A DNA stretch of 64,000 bases from Eledone cirrhosa (taxonomy: Eukaryota), in the NCBI GenBank assembly GCA_964016885.1, contig OZ024746.1, positions 73,408,001 to 73,472,000 of the forward strand. The letters are read 5' to 3'. Positions 53,688-64,000 of the stretch are shown here, in pieces. Position 1 is the first letter of the stretch; every line of letters begins with the position of its first letter. The translations under genes were made by a program, and so were the position numbers. The notes under the pieces were generated by a model, which searched no databases, had not been told where the DNA came from, and worked only from the letters and a program-made list of their open reading frames with translations.

Positions 53688-54782
53688 TATATATGTTTAC
53701 GTGTGTGTGAAAACAAAGTTTTGATTTGTAGAATCAGTTGCAGTTTCAGGCAGTTTGGCATCAAAAGTGTTCAATTTGGTATTGTAGACTCAAGGTTAAA
53801 TATGAAAGCTATGACCTCCATACTTTCCCAAATAATTATTGATATGGACAAAATTTTTTGAAATTTGGAATCCCAAATCCACTTTGCAGACATAATTCAA
53901 TGAGAACTAGCCACTGAACTGCAACACCATCTAACAATATTCTTTAATAATATGCACAACTAAACTACAGTGGCAGCTTGATGTTTTTTTGTTTGTTTTT
54001 TTCCAATCAGGTTGAAAATTAAGCTGTGTGTGATTAATCTCTTCAGAACTTTAAACAATAAACCAGATGTGTTCAATCATCATTATTGCTTTTGCTTTTC
54101 TGATTTCTCTTATTGTTATTGTTTGTTATTTTTATGCTTATTTCTTATAAATTTTTGTTGTCATTGATCTTACTATTACTGCTGCCACCACCACCACCAT
54201 TACTTCTACTTCTACCATCACCACTATTACTGCTGCTACTACTACTGCTGCTGCTATATTACTACCACCATCACCACAACTACCACCACCACCATCACCA
54301 CTACTAATACTACTACTACCACCACCACCACTACTATTACTACAGAGATTCTAACAAAACAAGTGGTCTATGTTTTTAAAAAAAAGCTTGATAATCCCTC
54401 TTGAAGAATCTGCTATGGCAGATTTCTTTGTAGCACTGAGCAATATTGCCTGCCTTCTGTGCTAGACTGACAACTATCTCTTGCTTAAGCTACTTCAAAA
54501 GGGTCAAATGAAGATAATAAAAAAAAAATAGTATTGATTGTTAGTTTACCTCTGCAGTTGCTTTTCAAATATATTGTGGTATATTTTACTTGGAAATATC
54601 TGCAACCAATTTATCATTATTTCAATATGGTATCTATCTATATATATATATATATAAAAACCAGTGAAAAAGGTGTCATGTAAAGCACTAAGGATAACTG
54701 GGTAGAAATTCAGGTATCTGAGGTAAGAGACTAGCATGAAGATATAATGTAGAGGTCCAAACAAATTAAGGATGATGTTTCA

Positions 54783-54816
54783 TTTCTGATGAAGGAATAT
54801 TGTCAGAAACGTCAAA
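54783..54816 (+). ncRNA. Minimal hammerhead-like motif
   Basis: UUU-CUGAUGA-AGGAAUAUUGUCA-GAAAC-GUC-AAA; stem II imperfect. Confidence 0.5.
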
Positions 54817-55599
54817 ACTTTACTTTTAAGTGTCAAGCTAATGTTATTTTTTATGTGTATCCATATAATTTACAGTGATATAATTTGTGGCATTGTTTCT
54901 GGCTGTTTGCATTCTGAGTTCAAAATCTGCTGAGGTCAACTTTGCCTTTCATCCTTTTAAAGTTGATAAAAAAAAAAGTACTGGGGTCAATTCTTTCCTA
55001 CTTTCTCTCCTGTGAGGAGAAATCGGTTGCATTTTGAGATGGAGAGGGAAGGGCTCTGCTAGCTTTAAAATGCTCGAGAAATACTGTATGTCACTATAGC
55101 ACCCCTACGAATCCATCAGGTCCATATATACACAATTTCTATAAATATTTTGTATCCAATGATATATAATCTGTGACCAACATCACAAATATCCTTATGA
55201 ATGATATATTAATCTTTTTAAAGATAATAATGTCATTGAAAGTTAGACTAGAATGGAAGAACTGGATAGCTCAGTATTGTTACCCAGTATTGGTAGGTAT
55301 TGCCTGAACCCACATTAATTACTGTTAATTATTATTGGCTAATAACTCCCATTGATACCTATTGGTAGTTACTACTCTCTGTTAATTACTAATTACTCCC
55401 ATTGATACTTATCCAATCTTTGTTAGTGTGTGTCGATTTCCTGTTACTGTCAACTTCCTGTTACCAAGTGTCCAATCATTTTAGTTACTGTCCACTTCCT
55501 GTTTGTTGTCCAATCCAGCTTTCATTACAACTCCTTCCCTTTAACAATGGCCAAGCTTTGTTTAGTGATTGCTCACTGCCACTACTAGCTACAGTTTAA

Positions 55600-55810
55600 C
55601 CCTTTAGCATTTACATTACTCTATATATACTATTGTATTTTCATGGTAAACTCTTTATGTCACATAATTATCCCACATAATATCGAATCTATGAGATATT
55701 GATATTATTTATTTTCAGAACAATGCCTTAACATAAGTATGAGCAGCCGGTTTGAACAGGAAATGGTGGGAGAATGTTGGCCAGATATGGCCGGTTTAAA
55801 TGCTAAAGGG
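55600..55810 (+). mobile_element. piggyBac-type MITE, TTAA TSD
   Basis: ttaa|ccctttagcattta...taaatgctaaaggg|ttaa. Confidence 0.9.
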
Positions 55811-55852
55811 TTAAGTTAAAGAAAGAAAATGTGTTACTGTAGCCTAGAACTC

Positions 55853-55890
<38 letters not shown>

Positions 55891-56146
55891 AATGTCTGAT
55901 ATATTATTAGATCCCTACACTTTAACTGAACCTATCCAGCTCAACTGTGGATGAGATAATTAACAACACAAACCATCACCAGATTCTGTCCTTCTGTTGT
56001 TGAGATTATTTACTGTCCACTTTTGCCTATTTAGCTATTGTCCAGTGAAGTTACTGGCCTGTCTAGTTACCACTTAGTCCAGTCCACATATATTCTATAT
56101 CCACTGCTTTCTCTGTCCAGTAATTTGGTCAATTCATTATTTTCAG

Positions 56147-56201
56147 GTCTTCCATCAAGTCTTGTATTCTCAATCAAAATTACAGGTCATCATCATCTAA
56201 G
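56147..56201 (+). CDS. GUF1: GUF1 probable exon 2 (SSIKSCILNQNYRSSSSK)
   Basis: ttattttcag| acceptor and AAG|gtaatt donor; 55 nt open in the frame that joins phase 0 to VDLSKFP of the next exon. Confidence 0.62.
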
Positions 56202-56530
56202 GTAATTCTCCTTTATCTTTTTTCACACACACACACACACACACACATGTACACACATTTACTTCAGCAACATACTCTCTGTGTTTACTATTTCAATAAA
56301 GTGGTTATATGGAGGTACAGTATGTCTATATCGATACATGGAAGTACAGTGTGTATTTTGAGAAATGGTGATAGTGTGTGTATATTGATATATTGATAAA
56401 TGGTGATATATGCATGTATATATGGTGATATATACAGTATATGCATGGGGGTACAATATGCATTTAGATAAATAATGGTACAGTGTGTGTAATATATATA
56501 TATATATAATGTGTGTGTGTGTATGTATAT

Positions 56531-56695
56531 CAGTCATGGGCAAACTGCGGCCCGTGAGCCACATGCAGCCCGTTTGGCTTTCTGAATGCCACGCCTAATT
56601 CCAAAATTGCCTTGAATTTATTAGCAGTGTGGCCTTCCATATGATAAGCCACATCCTATGCGAACCACTGCTCAAAAAAAGGTTGCCCATGCCTG
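56531..56695. mobile_element. hAT (Charlie-like) MITE
   Basis: cagtcatgggcaaac ... ggttgcccatgcctg termini. Confidence 0.72.
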
Positions 56696-56900
56696 GTATA
56701 TATATATATACACACACACACACTACCATTAATTATTAAAATAAGGCTACACTCCTAAAAAAATAAGGGAATAATTTAACCAACATTGTTGGTTAAATTG
56801 TCTAGTATATTTTCATTGGTTACTAATTCGAGAAATCATCTAGTGTCTTGCTTACATATGTTCCTGCACTTCACAGAGTGCACCGGGTGCATTTTATCAT

Positions 56901-57133
56901 TGGAGGCACATGGCTTAGTGGTTAGAGCATTGGCCTTGCAATCGAAAGGTTGTGAGTTCAATTCCTAGACCGGTTGATGTGTTGTTTCCTTGAGCAAGAC
57001 ACTTTATTTCACATTGCTCCAGTTTACTCAGCTGTAGAAATGAGATGATAGGGACTGGGGTCCATATCATTCCACTGCAAAGTGGTCGTGGATGTGCCAT
57101 GGCAAAAAAGCACCCAGATGATGATGATGATGA
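56901..57133 (+). mobile_element. CORE-type tRNA-SINE
   Basis: Near-identical inverted copy of 52845-53054. Confidence 0.85.
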
Positions 57134-57280
57134 CACCAGCTCTGGGGAGGTTACCAGGTCTTTGACACAACTGCAATGCATTCATTGAGTGTTGATTGGG
57201 CTCTTCCAGATAAATTGATTCGTGTTGCATTCCACTTCCCACTCTCAATCTTTCTATTTCATCTTTTATTTTTCATTCTA

Positions 57281-57316
57281 TCTTTTGATGAAGGACTAGT
57301 GTCTGAAACGTAGAGA
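57281..57316 (+). ncRNA. Minimal hammerhead-like motif (U3.G8)
   Basis: UCUU-UUGAUGA-AGGAC-uagu-GUCU-GAAAC-GUA-GAGA; same family as 54783. Confidence 0.5.
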
Positions 57317-57497
57317 CTCTTTTCCTACTATATCAAAGTAATATATTTCTTAACTGTACTGTGTTGTTTGCTTTGTTGTTTCCAATTACTTTTTGAATAC
57401 TTAAATGTATATGTTATATGTGTGTGTATAATTATGTATATCTTCTACAAAACTCTGACTCAAACTAATGATCTTTATTTTATTTACTATTCCTCAG

Positions 57498-57603
57498 GTG
57501 GATTTATCTAAATTTCCTGTTGAATGTATTCGAAATTTTAGTATCATTGCTCATGTTGATCATGGCAAAAGTACCTTATCAGATCGTTTAATGGAATTTA
57601 CAG
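57498..57603 (+). CDS. GUF1: GUF1 exon with G1 P-loop ([36 protein letters not shown])
   Basis: [17 protein letters not shown] is the LepA/EF-4 signature; cctcag| acceptor and CAG|gtaagt donor, phase 1. Confidence 0.95.
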
Positions 57604-57777
57604 GTAAGTGAAAATCCTATTCTGTCTTATTTGCTGTCTTCAATAATATTTATTAAGATTTTCATAATTTTCATGTTCACTGTTTCTCTCCTTCCTCCTC
57701 ATCTTTTCGTTTGGATTAAGATATTACCTACATCATCATCATTATGCCTGCTTTATATATATATATATGTGTGTATA

Positions 57778-57814
<37 letters not shown>

Positions 57815-57815
<1 letters not shown>

Positions 57816-58119
57816 ATCATCATCATTTTATGTCCACTTCTCCCTGCTTGCAAGGGTGGGACGGGAATTGATTCTGGCTTGATTTCTACAGCTGGATGCC
57901 CTTCCTAACACCAACCTCATTTACAGTGAGTGCTGGGTGCTTTTTTTTTTCCGTGGCACCTCCACGACCACTTTGCATCTCATTTCTACAGCTGAGTAAA
58001 CTGGAGCAATGTGAAATAAAGTGTCTTGCTCAAGGAAACAACACATCACCCGGTCTGAGAATTGAACTCACAACCTTTCGATTGCAAGGCCAATGCTCTA
58101 ACCACTAAGCCATGTGCTT

Positions 58120-58122
<3 letters not shown>
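57815..58122 (-). mobile_element. CORE-type tRNA-SINE with RTE-derived tail
   Basis: Near-identical to 52718-53054 with a short internal deletion. Confidence 0.85.
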
Positions 58123-58161
<39 letters not shown>

Positions 58162-58237
58162 CGAAGGAAATGTGGTAAGGAACCAGGTGGACCATAACGC
58201 ACCAAAGTACTCAATACTTAGGGTAGTAGAGTGGGTA

Positions 58238-58315
58238 ATAGGAACGAGTAGGACCCCGACGGCTGAGAATTAGCCGTCGAAACGGCTTGAGCTCAGCCGT
58301 CGGGTCCTACTCGTT

Positions 58316-58320
<5 letters not shown>
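58238..58320. repeat. GC-rich hairpin insert between (TA)n tracts
   Basis: 58238-58267 vs 58292-58320; alternative stem GACGGCT-gagaatt-AGCCGTC followed by GAAAC. Confidence 0.85.
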
Positions 58321-58352
<32 letters not shown>

Positions 58353-59127
58353 TCGTCTAACCCATGCTAGTGTGGAAAGTGGACATTAAATGATGATGAT
58401 GATGGCGTCGCGCAGTAATACAGAGTACCCGACCTCCCATGGGTACATGCTGAAGCATATAAACAATATGCCCCCACACCCCCCACCGCAAGGTGGTCGT
58501 GGAGGTGCCACGGCAAAAAAGCACCCAGCCCACACTGTAAAGTGGACGTGTAGGCGCCACGAAAAAGCACCCAGCACTCACTGTAAATGAGGTTGGTGTT
58601 AGGAAGGAATCAAGCCAGATCAGTTCCTGTATGAGCAAGGCATGGTCAGCCGACCAGACACTGCACACAACAGGACAACCCGTCTAACCCATGCTAGCGT
58701 GGAAGAACGGACGTAAAACGGTGATGATGATGATGATGATGATATGCCAAATACAGTCCTATATGAGAGAGTCACGGTCACCCGATCAATCTTGCATCAA
58801 GTGGGACAATTCCTGTCTAACCCATGCTAGCGTGGAAGATAGACGTTAAACGATGATGATGATGATAATATATATATATATCATCATCATTTAACATCCA
58901 ATTTCCCTGTTATATATGAGAAGTGTATGTAAACCTATGCTATCATAATACAGCAGTGTTACAAAAGCCTTAGAGGGCCTTTACTAAATTAGAGGAGATA
59001 CACCAAGGGAAGGTGAAAGAGACTAAATTGTCTTAAGAAGAGCATCTGGCTGTAAAACATTGTCCCAAACCATCTTGTCCACACCCATATCAGCATGGAA
59101 AGGGAAACATAAAGACAATGATCATAT

Positions 59128-59701
59128 ATGTAGTTCCGAGGCCATAGTATCTAGAATATGGACGGGTTGGAAGAAGTTTAGGGAGCTGCTTCCTTTGTTG
59201 ACAAAGAAGGGTTTCTCCCTGCGTACGAAAGGACGGTTATATGATGCCTGTGTGAGATGCGCGATGCTGCATGGTAGTGAGACATGGGCAGCAACTGCAG
59301 AGGATATGCGACGGCTGGAGAGAAATGAAGCAAGTATGCTCCGTTGGATGTGCAATGACAATGTGCGTAAACAACCAAGCATAGATGAGTTGAGAAAGAA
59401 ACTGGGTATAAGAGGGATAAGTTGTGGTGTGCAGGAGAGAAGACTGAGATGGTATGGACATGTGATGCGCATAAAGGATGACCGCTGGGTAAAGAAGTGC
59501 CAAGAAATCCCAGTAGAAGGAAGACACAGTAGAGGTAGACCACGTAAAACATGGGCGGAGGTGGTGAGAGCAGACCTCAGATCGCTGAAACTCACTGAGG
59601 AGATGACGAAGGACCGTGACAAGTGGAGAGATGCTGTGCTGAATAGGACCCATCCAACCCTTGCAAGCAGGGAAAAGCAGACGTAAAACGATGATGATGA
59701 T
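59128..59701 (+). mobile_element. RTE LINE 3' fragment with (GAT)n tail
   Basis: MLHGSETWA, MLRWMC, RRLRWYGHVMR, RGRPRKTW. Confidence 0.92.
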
Positions 59702-60467
59702 CGACAGTCGATCGACTTTCATCAGATCAGACTAAGGAAACAACATTCCGTTGGTCTTTCCAATTGCTAATAATATCTATTGATCCCAACTCCAGGTAGA
59801 AGGAGCAACGTGAAATAAAGTGTCTTGCTCAAGGACATAACGCATCACCCAGTCCAGGAATCGAACTCACAACCTCACGATTGCAAATCCAATTCTCTAA
59901 CCACTCAGCCACGTGCCTTCGCATATATATATGTGTGTGTGTATGTAAAAGGTAAACAGAAATAACAACACAATCGGTATGTGTTTGAATATGGCAGTGA
60001 TTGAAAATCTGAAAATTTAATTAGAAGTTTTCGCCCTATTTTTACTATAGAAAATAACAGGACATATATGCACCCATAATGGAAAAAAATGCTCATACAA
60101 ATATATATGTCTGTATGTGTGTGTGTGGCTTAGTGGTAGAGCATTTGATTCACAATCCTGAGGTTGTGAATTTAATTCCCCCTCCATATACACACATGCA
60201 TGTATCTGTGTGTATATCATGACTCATACACTGTTCACTTTCCTGACATTTTTACATTATTCTATGTACTATACATGCTCCTTTGATGAGTTGTAGTGCA
60301 CCTGAGCACTGTACAGAATAATTTTCATTATCATCAATGTTATTAAATATGGTAATAAAATGAGTAATAAAGGATTAAAAATTGGAACACAACTGTATCT
60401 TCAATAGAGCATGTTTAAAAGAGGACATATATTTTGATGGTAATCCTTGAATTATTTTCTCTTGTAG

Positions 60468-60616
60468 GAACTATTCCAACCACAAAAGACAATAAACAAG
60501 TATTGGACAAACTCCAAATTGAACGTGAAAGAGGTATTACGGTTAAAGCACAAACTGTCTCATTAATCCATACATATAAAGGAAAGCAATATTTACTCAA
60601 CCTTATTGATACTCCA
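60468..60616 (+). CDS. GUF1: GUF1 exon ([19 protein letters not shown]...LLNLIDTP)
   Basis: ERERGIT switch I and NLIDTP motifs; cttgtag| acceptor, CCA|gtaagt donor; 149 nt, phases consistent. Confidence 0.96.
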
Positions 60617-60931
60617 GTAAGTGGTAAGACAGACATTCTGATGTCTTTTGCTGTTAGTGTTTCAAATATGCACACATGCATATACATACACACATGCATG
60701 CATACTCACACTCGCACACACTCAATAATTCACTCACTCATTCCTCACTCACATGTAGATATAGAAACATATGTGCATGTATAACTCAAAACATGCAGAC
60801 ATGTACACATAATTACTGAGATGATGTCTAAATTCTTATGAAAGAATTTTGTTTCTGTGTTAGAAACCAACTCCCCTTCAAATGGTGAAAATAAAAAAAA
60901 AAATGATAAAACTAGAAAAGCATGCATGCAT

Positions 60932-60973
<42 letters not shown>

Positions 60974-61152
60974 AATGGATGTGTTTTAAGATGTTTCATG
61001 TATAATCATACATAGAAACAGTCAAATATTTACTAAATGATCATTCAATACATATAAGCAGAGTATAGATATTATTTTTTTAAAGAAAAATCTGACAAAG
61101 TGCCACCTTTTTCTTTGAAAAATAATAATATATATATATGTGTGTATATATA

Positions 61153-61525
61153 TAAATGAAACAAGCATGCTCTGATGGATGTGCAATGTCAATGTGAACA
61201 ACCAAGTATAGACGAGTTGAGAGTGAAACTGTGTATAAGCGGGATAAACTGTTGTGTGCGAAAGAGGAGACTGCATTGGTATGGCCATGTGATGCTCATG
61301 GAAGATGACCGCTGAGTGAAGAAGTGGCAAGAAATCCTGGTGGAAGGAAGACGCAGTAGAGGAAGACAACAAAAGACATGGGTGGTGGGTGATGAGAGCT
61401 GACCTCAGATCGCTGAAGCTCACAGAGGAGATATCAAGGGACCATGCCGAATGGAGAGATGCTGTGCTGAAGAGGACACATTCCACCCTTGCCAGCAGGG
61501 AAAAGTGGACGTAAAATGATGACGA
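61153..61525 (+). mobile_element. RTE LINE 3' fragment, same family as 59128-59701
   Basis: Colinear nucleotide similarity including tail. Confidence 0.88.
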
Positions 61526-61654
61526 TATATATATATATAAATTCCTAGTATGGTCATGTATCCTGCCACAACTCCTCAGACTCATATATCAGTATACCAT
61601 GCAGTATTTATTGCACAATCCTATAATGTAATGTTGCAATATCTTTTTCTTCAG

Positions 61655-61735
61655 GGTCATGTTGATTTCCAGTATGAAGTATCTCGTTCTATGTCAGCTT
61701 GTCAAGGTGTTCTTCTCTTAGTCGATGCAAACCAT
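61655..61735 (+). CDS. GUF1: GUF1 exon ([27 protein letters not shown])
   Basis: GHVDF.YEVSRS motif typical of LepA; ttcttcag| and |gtaagt; 81 nt. Confidence 0.96.
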
Positions 61736-62002
61736 GTAAGTAGCTCTCATATTATTTTTTTTCTATTATGATATTAATTACTTCTTACACAGGTCCTGTA
61801 TATTAAGAGGACAAGGAATATAATTGGGCCTGAATAGCATATATATTATACTCAATAAATACAGTATTGAAATGAATATTGATTTTCTTTGGCTTGGATC
61901 AAACCTCCACACTTTTATGGGACGTTCTCCTTTTCAAATTAAATGACATGAAAAGGTTTCAGATAGGAATTGAAAGCAAGATATATAGTCAATAATAGCA
62001 AG

Positions 62003-62226
62003 TACAGTCCACGCTGTAATGTGGCCGTGTAGGCAACACGGTAAAAACCTCCCAGCCCCACACTGTAAATGTGGTTGGTGTTAGGAAGGGCATCCAGCTG
62101 TAGAAAACCCGCCAGACAGTCCTATGCGAGCAAGACAACCACTCTTGCCTCAAGTGGGAAAACTCCCGTCCAAACCCATGCAAGCGTGGAACATGGACGT
62201 TAAACGATGATGATGATGATGATGAT
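62003..62226 (+). mobile_element. Element with RTE-type (GAT)n tail
   Basis: Inverted near-identical copy of 48230-48445. Confidence 0.8.
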
Positions 62227-63560
62227 GAAGGGTAATTGGCAAATATTATTGGAGCATGAGACAATGCTTTGTAGTAATCATTACAACCCTTTACATTCAG
62301 AGTTTAAACCCCATCGAGGTCAGCGTTGTCATTCATCAAAATCAATAGTTTGTGTGCTAATCAAATATTGGAGTGTATTTAACTCTTAATGTTCTGTGCC
62401 ACATGGAACCACTTTAGCAAGACATTCTTTAAAGGTACAAAACTGCACTATGATTGCATCAAGTCTTTACTCTAATATAGCAAATTTTCACAATGATCTG
62501 TCCACTAGTAAATATACTATAAATATTTGAATTAACAAACCGGTTTTTAGATATTTTCTGTTAAATGATTACAGGATGTGTCTTTGTGCCAATGTTAGAA
62601 ATCGATATTAACCAATTCTTCTTGTCTCATATTATATTCATGCATTTTTGTGGTATTTATTAGTCTTAGAATGAATAGACTGGATTCAAAGTTCTTGTCC
62701 TGGTTGCAGTGTGTCCATCCATGTTGGTAATGCTATCTCTATTAATGACATTGTATTAACTGCCATAGATGCATACATACATTTATTGTCTGATTTTACA
62801 TCATCACATGGTCCTTGGATGTCTTTAGCAGTGTCCTGTCTTTTTCAAACTTTAAGACCAGGTTTCTTGTTCTTAGATAACCCATTAGAAGTCATGGTTT
62901 CTATTTCCATTTCACCTACCTACCAATTCTAGAGGCCTTTCAGCTGGTGAATAGCACTTCTCTGGTTATGCCATACAAAAACCATCACTCTGGCCCTTGG
63001 CCCATCTGAACACTTGGTAGAATGTGGGAACATGTGTAAGCAAGATGTGGCCCACTGGCCTGTCTGCTTACAGCTTTGTTATAAGGTTCTATCAGACACT
63101 GTGCATGTTAATGAGATAGAAGACATTTTAGCACCAAAACTATCTGCCTAGCTACATGACACAGTCACCCGACTAACTGCAAGCACACTACTATGCTAAA
63201 GATAAGATATAAACCATTAAGCTTTCAACTAGAAGGCCAGTGTGGGGGCTGATCTATGGTTCCTTGACCTGCTATAAATTTCAACCAAATATCCTTAAAA
63301 TCACACCCTACCATCTTAAAAATAATGTAATGAATAATGTAATCCTAGATATAGTCCAGCAATTACTAACAAGGAAAACAGACGTTAAATGATGACAATG
63401 ACAGTGTGATGATGATGATGATGATGATGATGATGACAGTATGCTTGGAAACATTGCTCAACACTCACATGCCTTTCATTACAGGTCTGCTCGACCAGAG
63501 TAGACCTTGTGCAAAACAACCCATTATTTTTGCTATATTTATAATATTTTCTTTTCTCAG

Positions 63561-63722
63561 GGTGTTCAAGCTCAGACTGTGGCCAACTATTATCTTGCTT
63601 TGGAGCTAGAGAAAACCATTATTCCTGTGCTAAACAAAATAGACCTAAAGGCTGCCAGACCTGAAGAAGTTGTACAACAGCTCAAGTCTATTTTTGACTT
63701 AGAACCAAATACAGCATTAAAG
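63561..63722 (+). CDS. GUF1: GUF1 exon (GVQAQTVANYY...PVLNKID...ALK); gene continues past window
   Basis: QAQT.AN and NKID (G4) motifs; ttctcag| acceptor; donor AAG|gttaca is weaker. Confidence 0.92.
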
Positions 63723-63831
63723 GTTACAGTTTATTATTGTTTTCCTTGTTTGTTTGTTTTTTGTATTTTTGCATTTTTGTATTTTTGTGCATCATACAGA
63801 GTAATATCAAAGTTATGGTGATGAAAGTTTA

Positions 63832-63990
63832 GACGGCAAATTGGCGGCGTCGCTAGAACATTGGATAGAATACTTTGCTGTATTCGTTTCAGCACTCTGC
63901 TCGCTGAGTTCAAATCCTGCCACGGTCAACTTTGCCTTTCATCTATTCAAGGTTGATAAAAAAAATACCAGTCAAGTACTTGGGTTAATT
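63832..63990 (+). mobile_element. Deu/Nin-domain tRNA-SINE (diverged)
   Basis: gagttcaaatcc...gtcaactttgcctttcatc. Confidence 0.75.
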
Positions 63991-64000
63991 CTTCCTCTAT

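Noticed and set aside
54113-54345. Poly-L/P/H ORF
   Set aside because: Mixed trinucleotide microsatellite in an intron.

Overview
AT-rich, microsatellite-dense animal genomic DNA; the SINE families point to an octopod cephalopod (inference). The only clearly intact host gene is the 5' part of GUF1 (mitochondrial EF-4/LepA, + strand): six exons from 43142 to 63722, reconstructed by splice phase, continuing past the window end. The rest is mostly transposon debris: a near-complete disabled Penelope-like element (RT + C-terminal GIY-YIG, inverted pseudo-LTR), a second PLE fragment, an internally deleted mariner, Tigger/pogo, Gypsy, CR1-like, RTE-like and CRE-like remnants, piggyBac/hAT/Tc1 MITEs and many tRNA-derived SINEs. 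A decayed signal peptide-PAN-C-type lectin pseudogene is possible at 27.1-33.7 kb. The most striking pattern is about a dozen sequence-unrelated fold-back palindromes, mostly next to (TA)n tracts. Many carry minimal hammerhead ribozyme motifs, and two unrelated families carry the compensatory U3-A8 core. They look like the footprint of microsatellite-targeting Penelope-like elements. All calls were made by eye; coordinates of decayed repeats are approximate.
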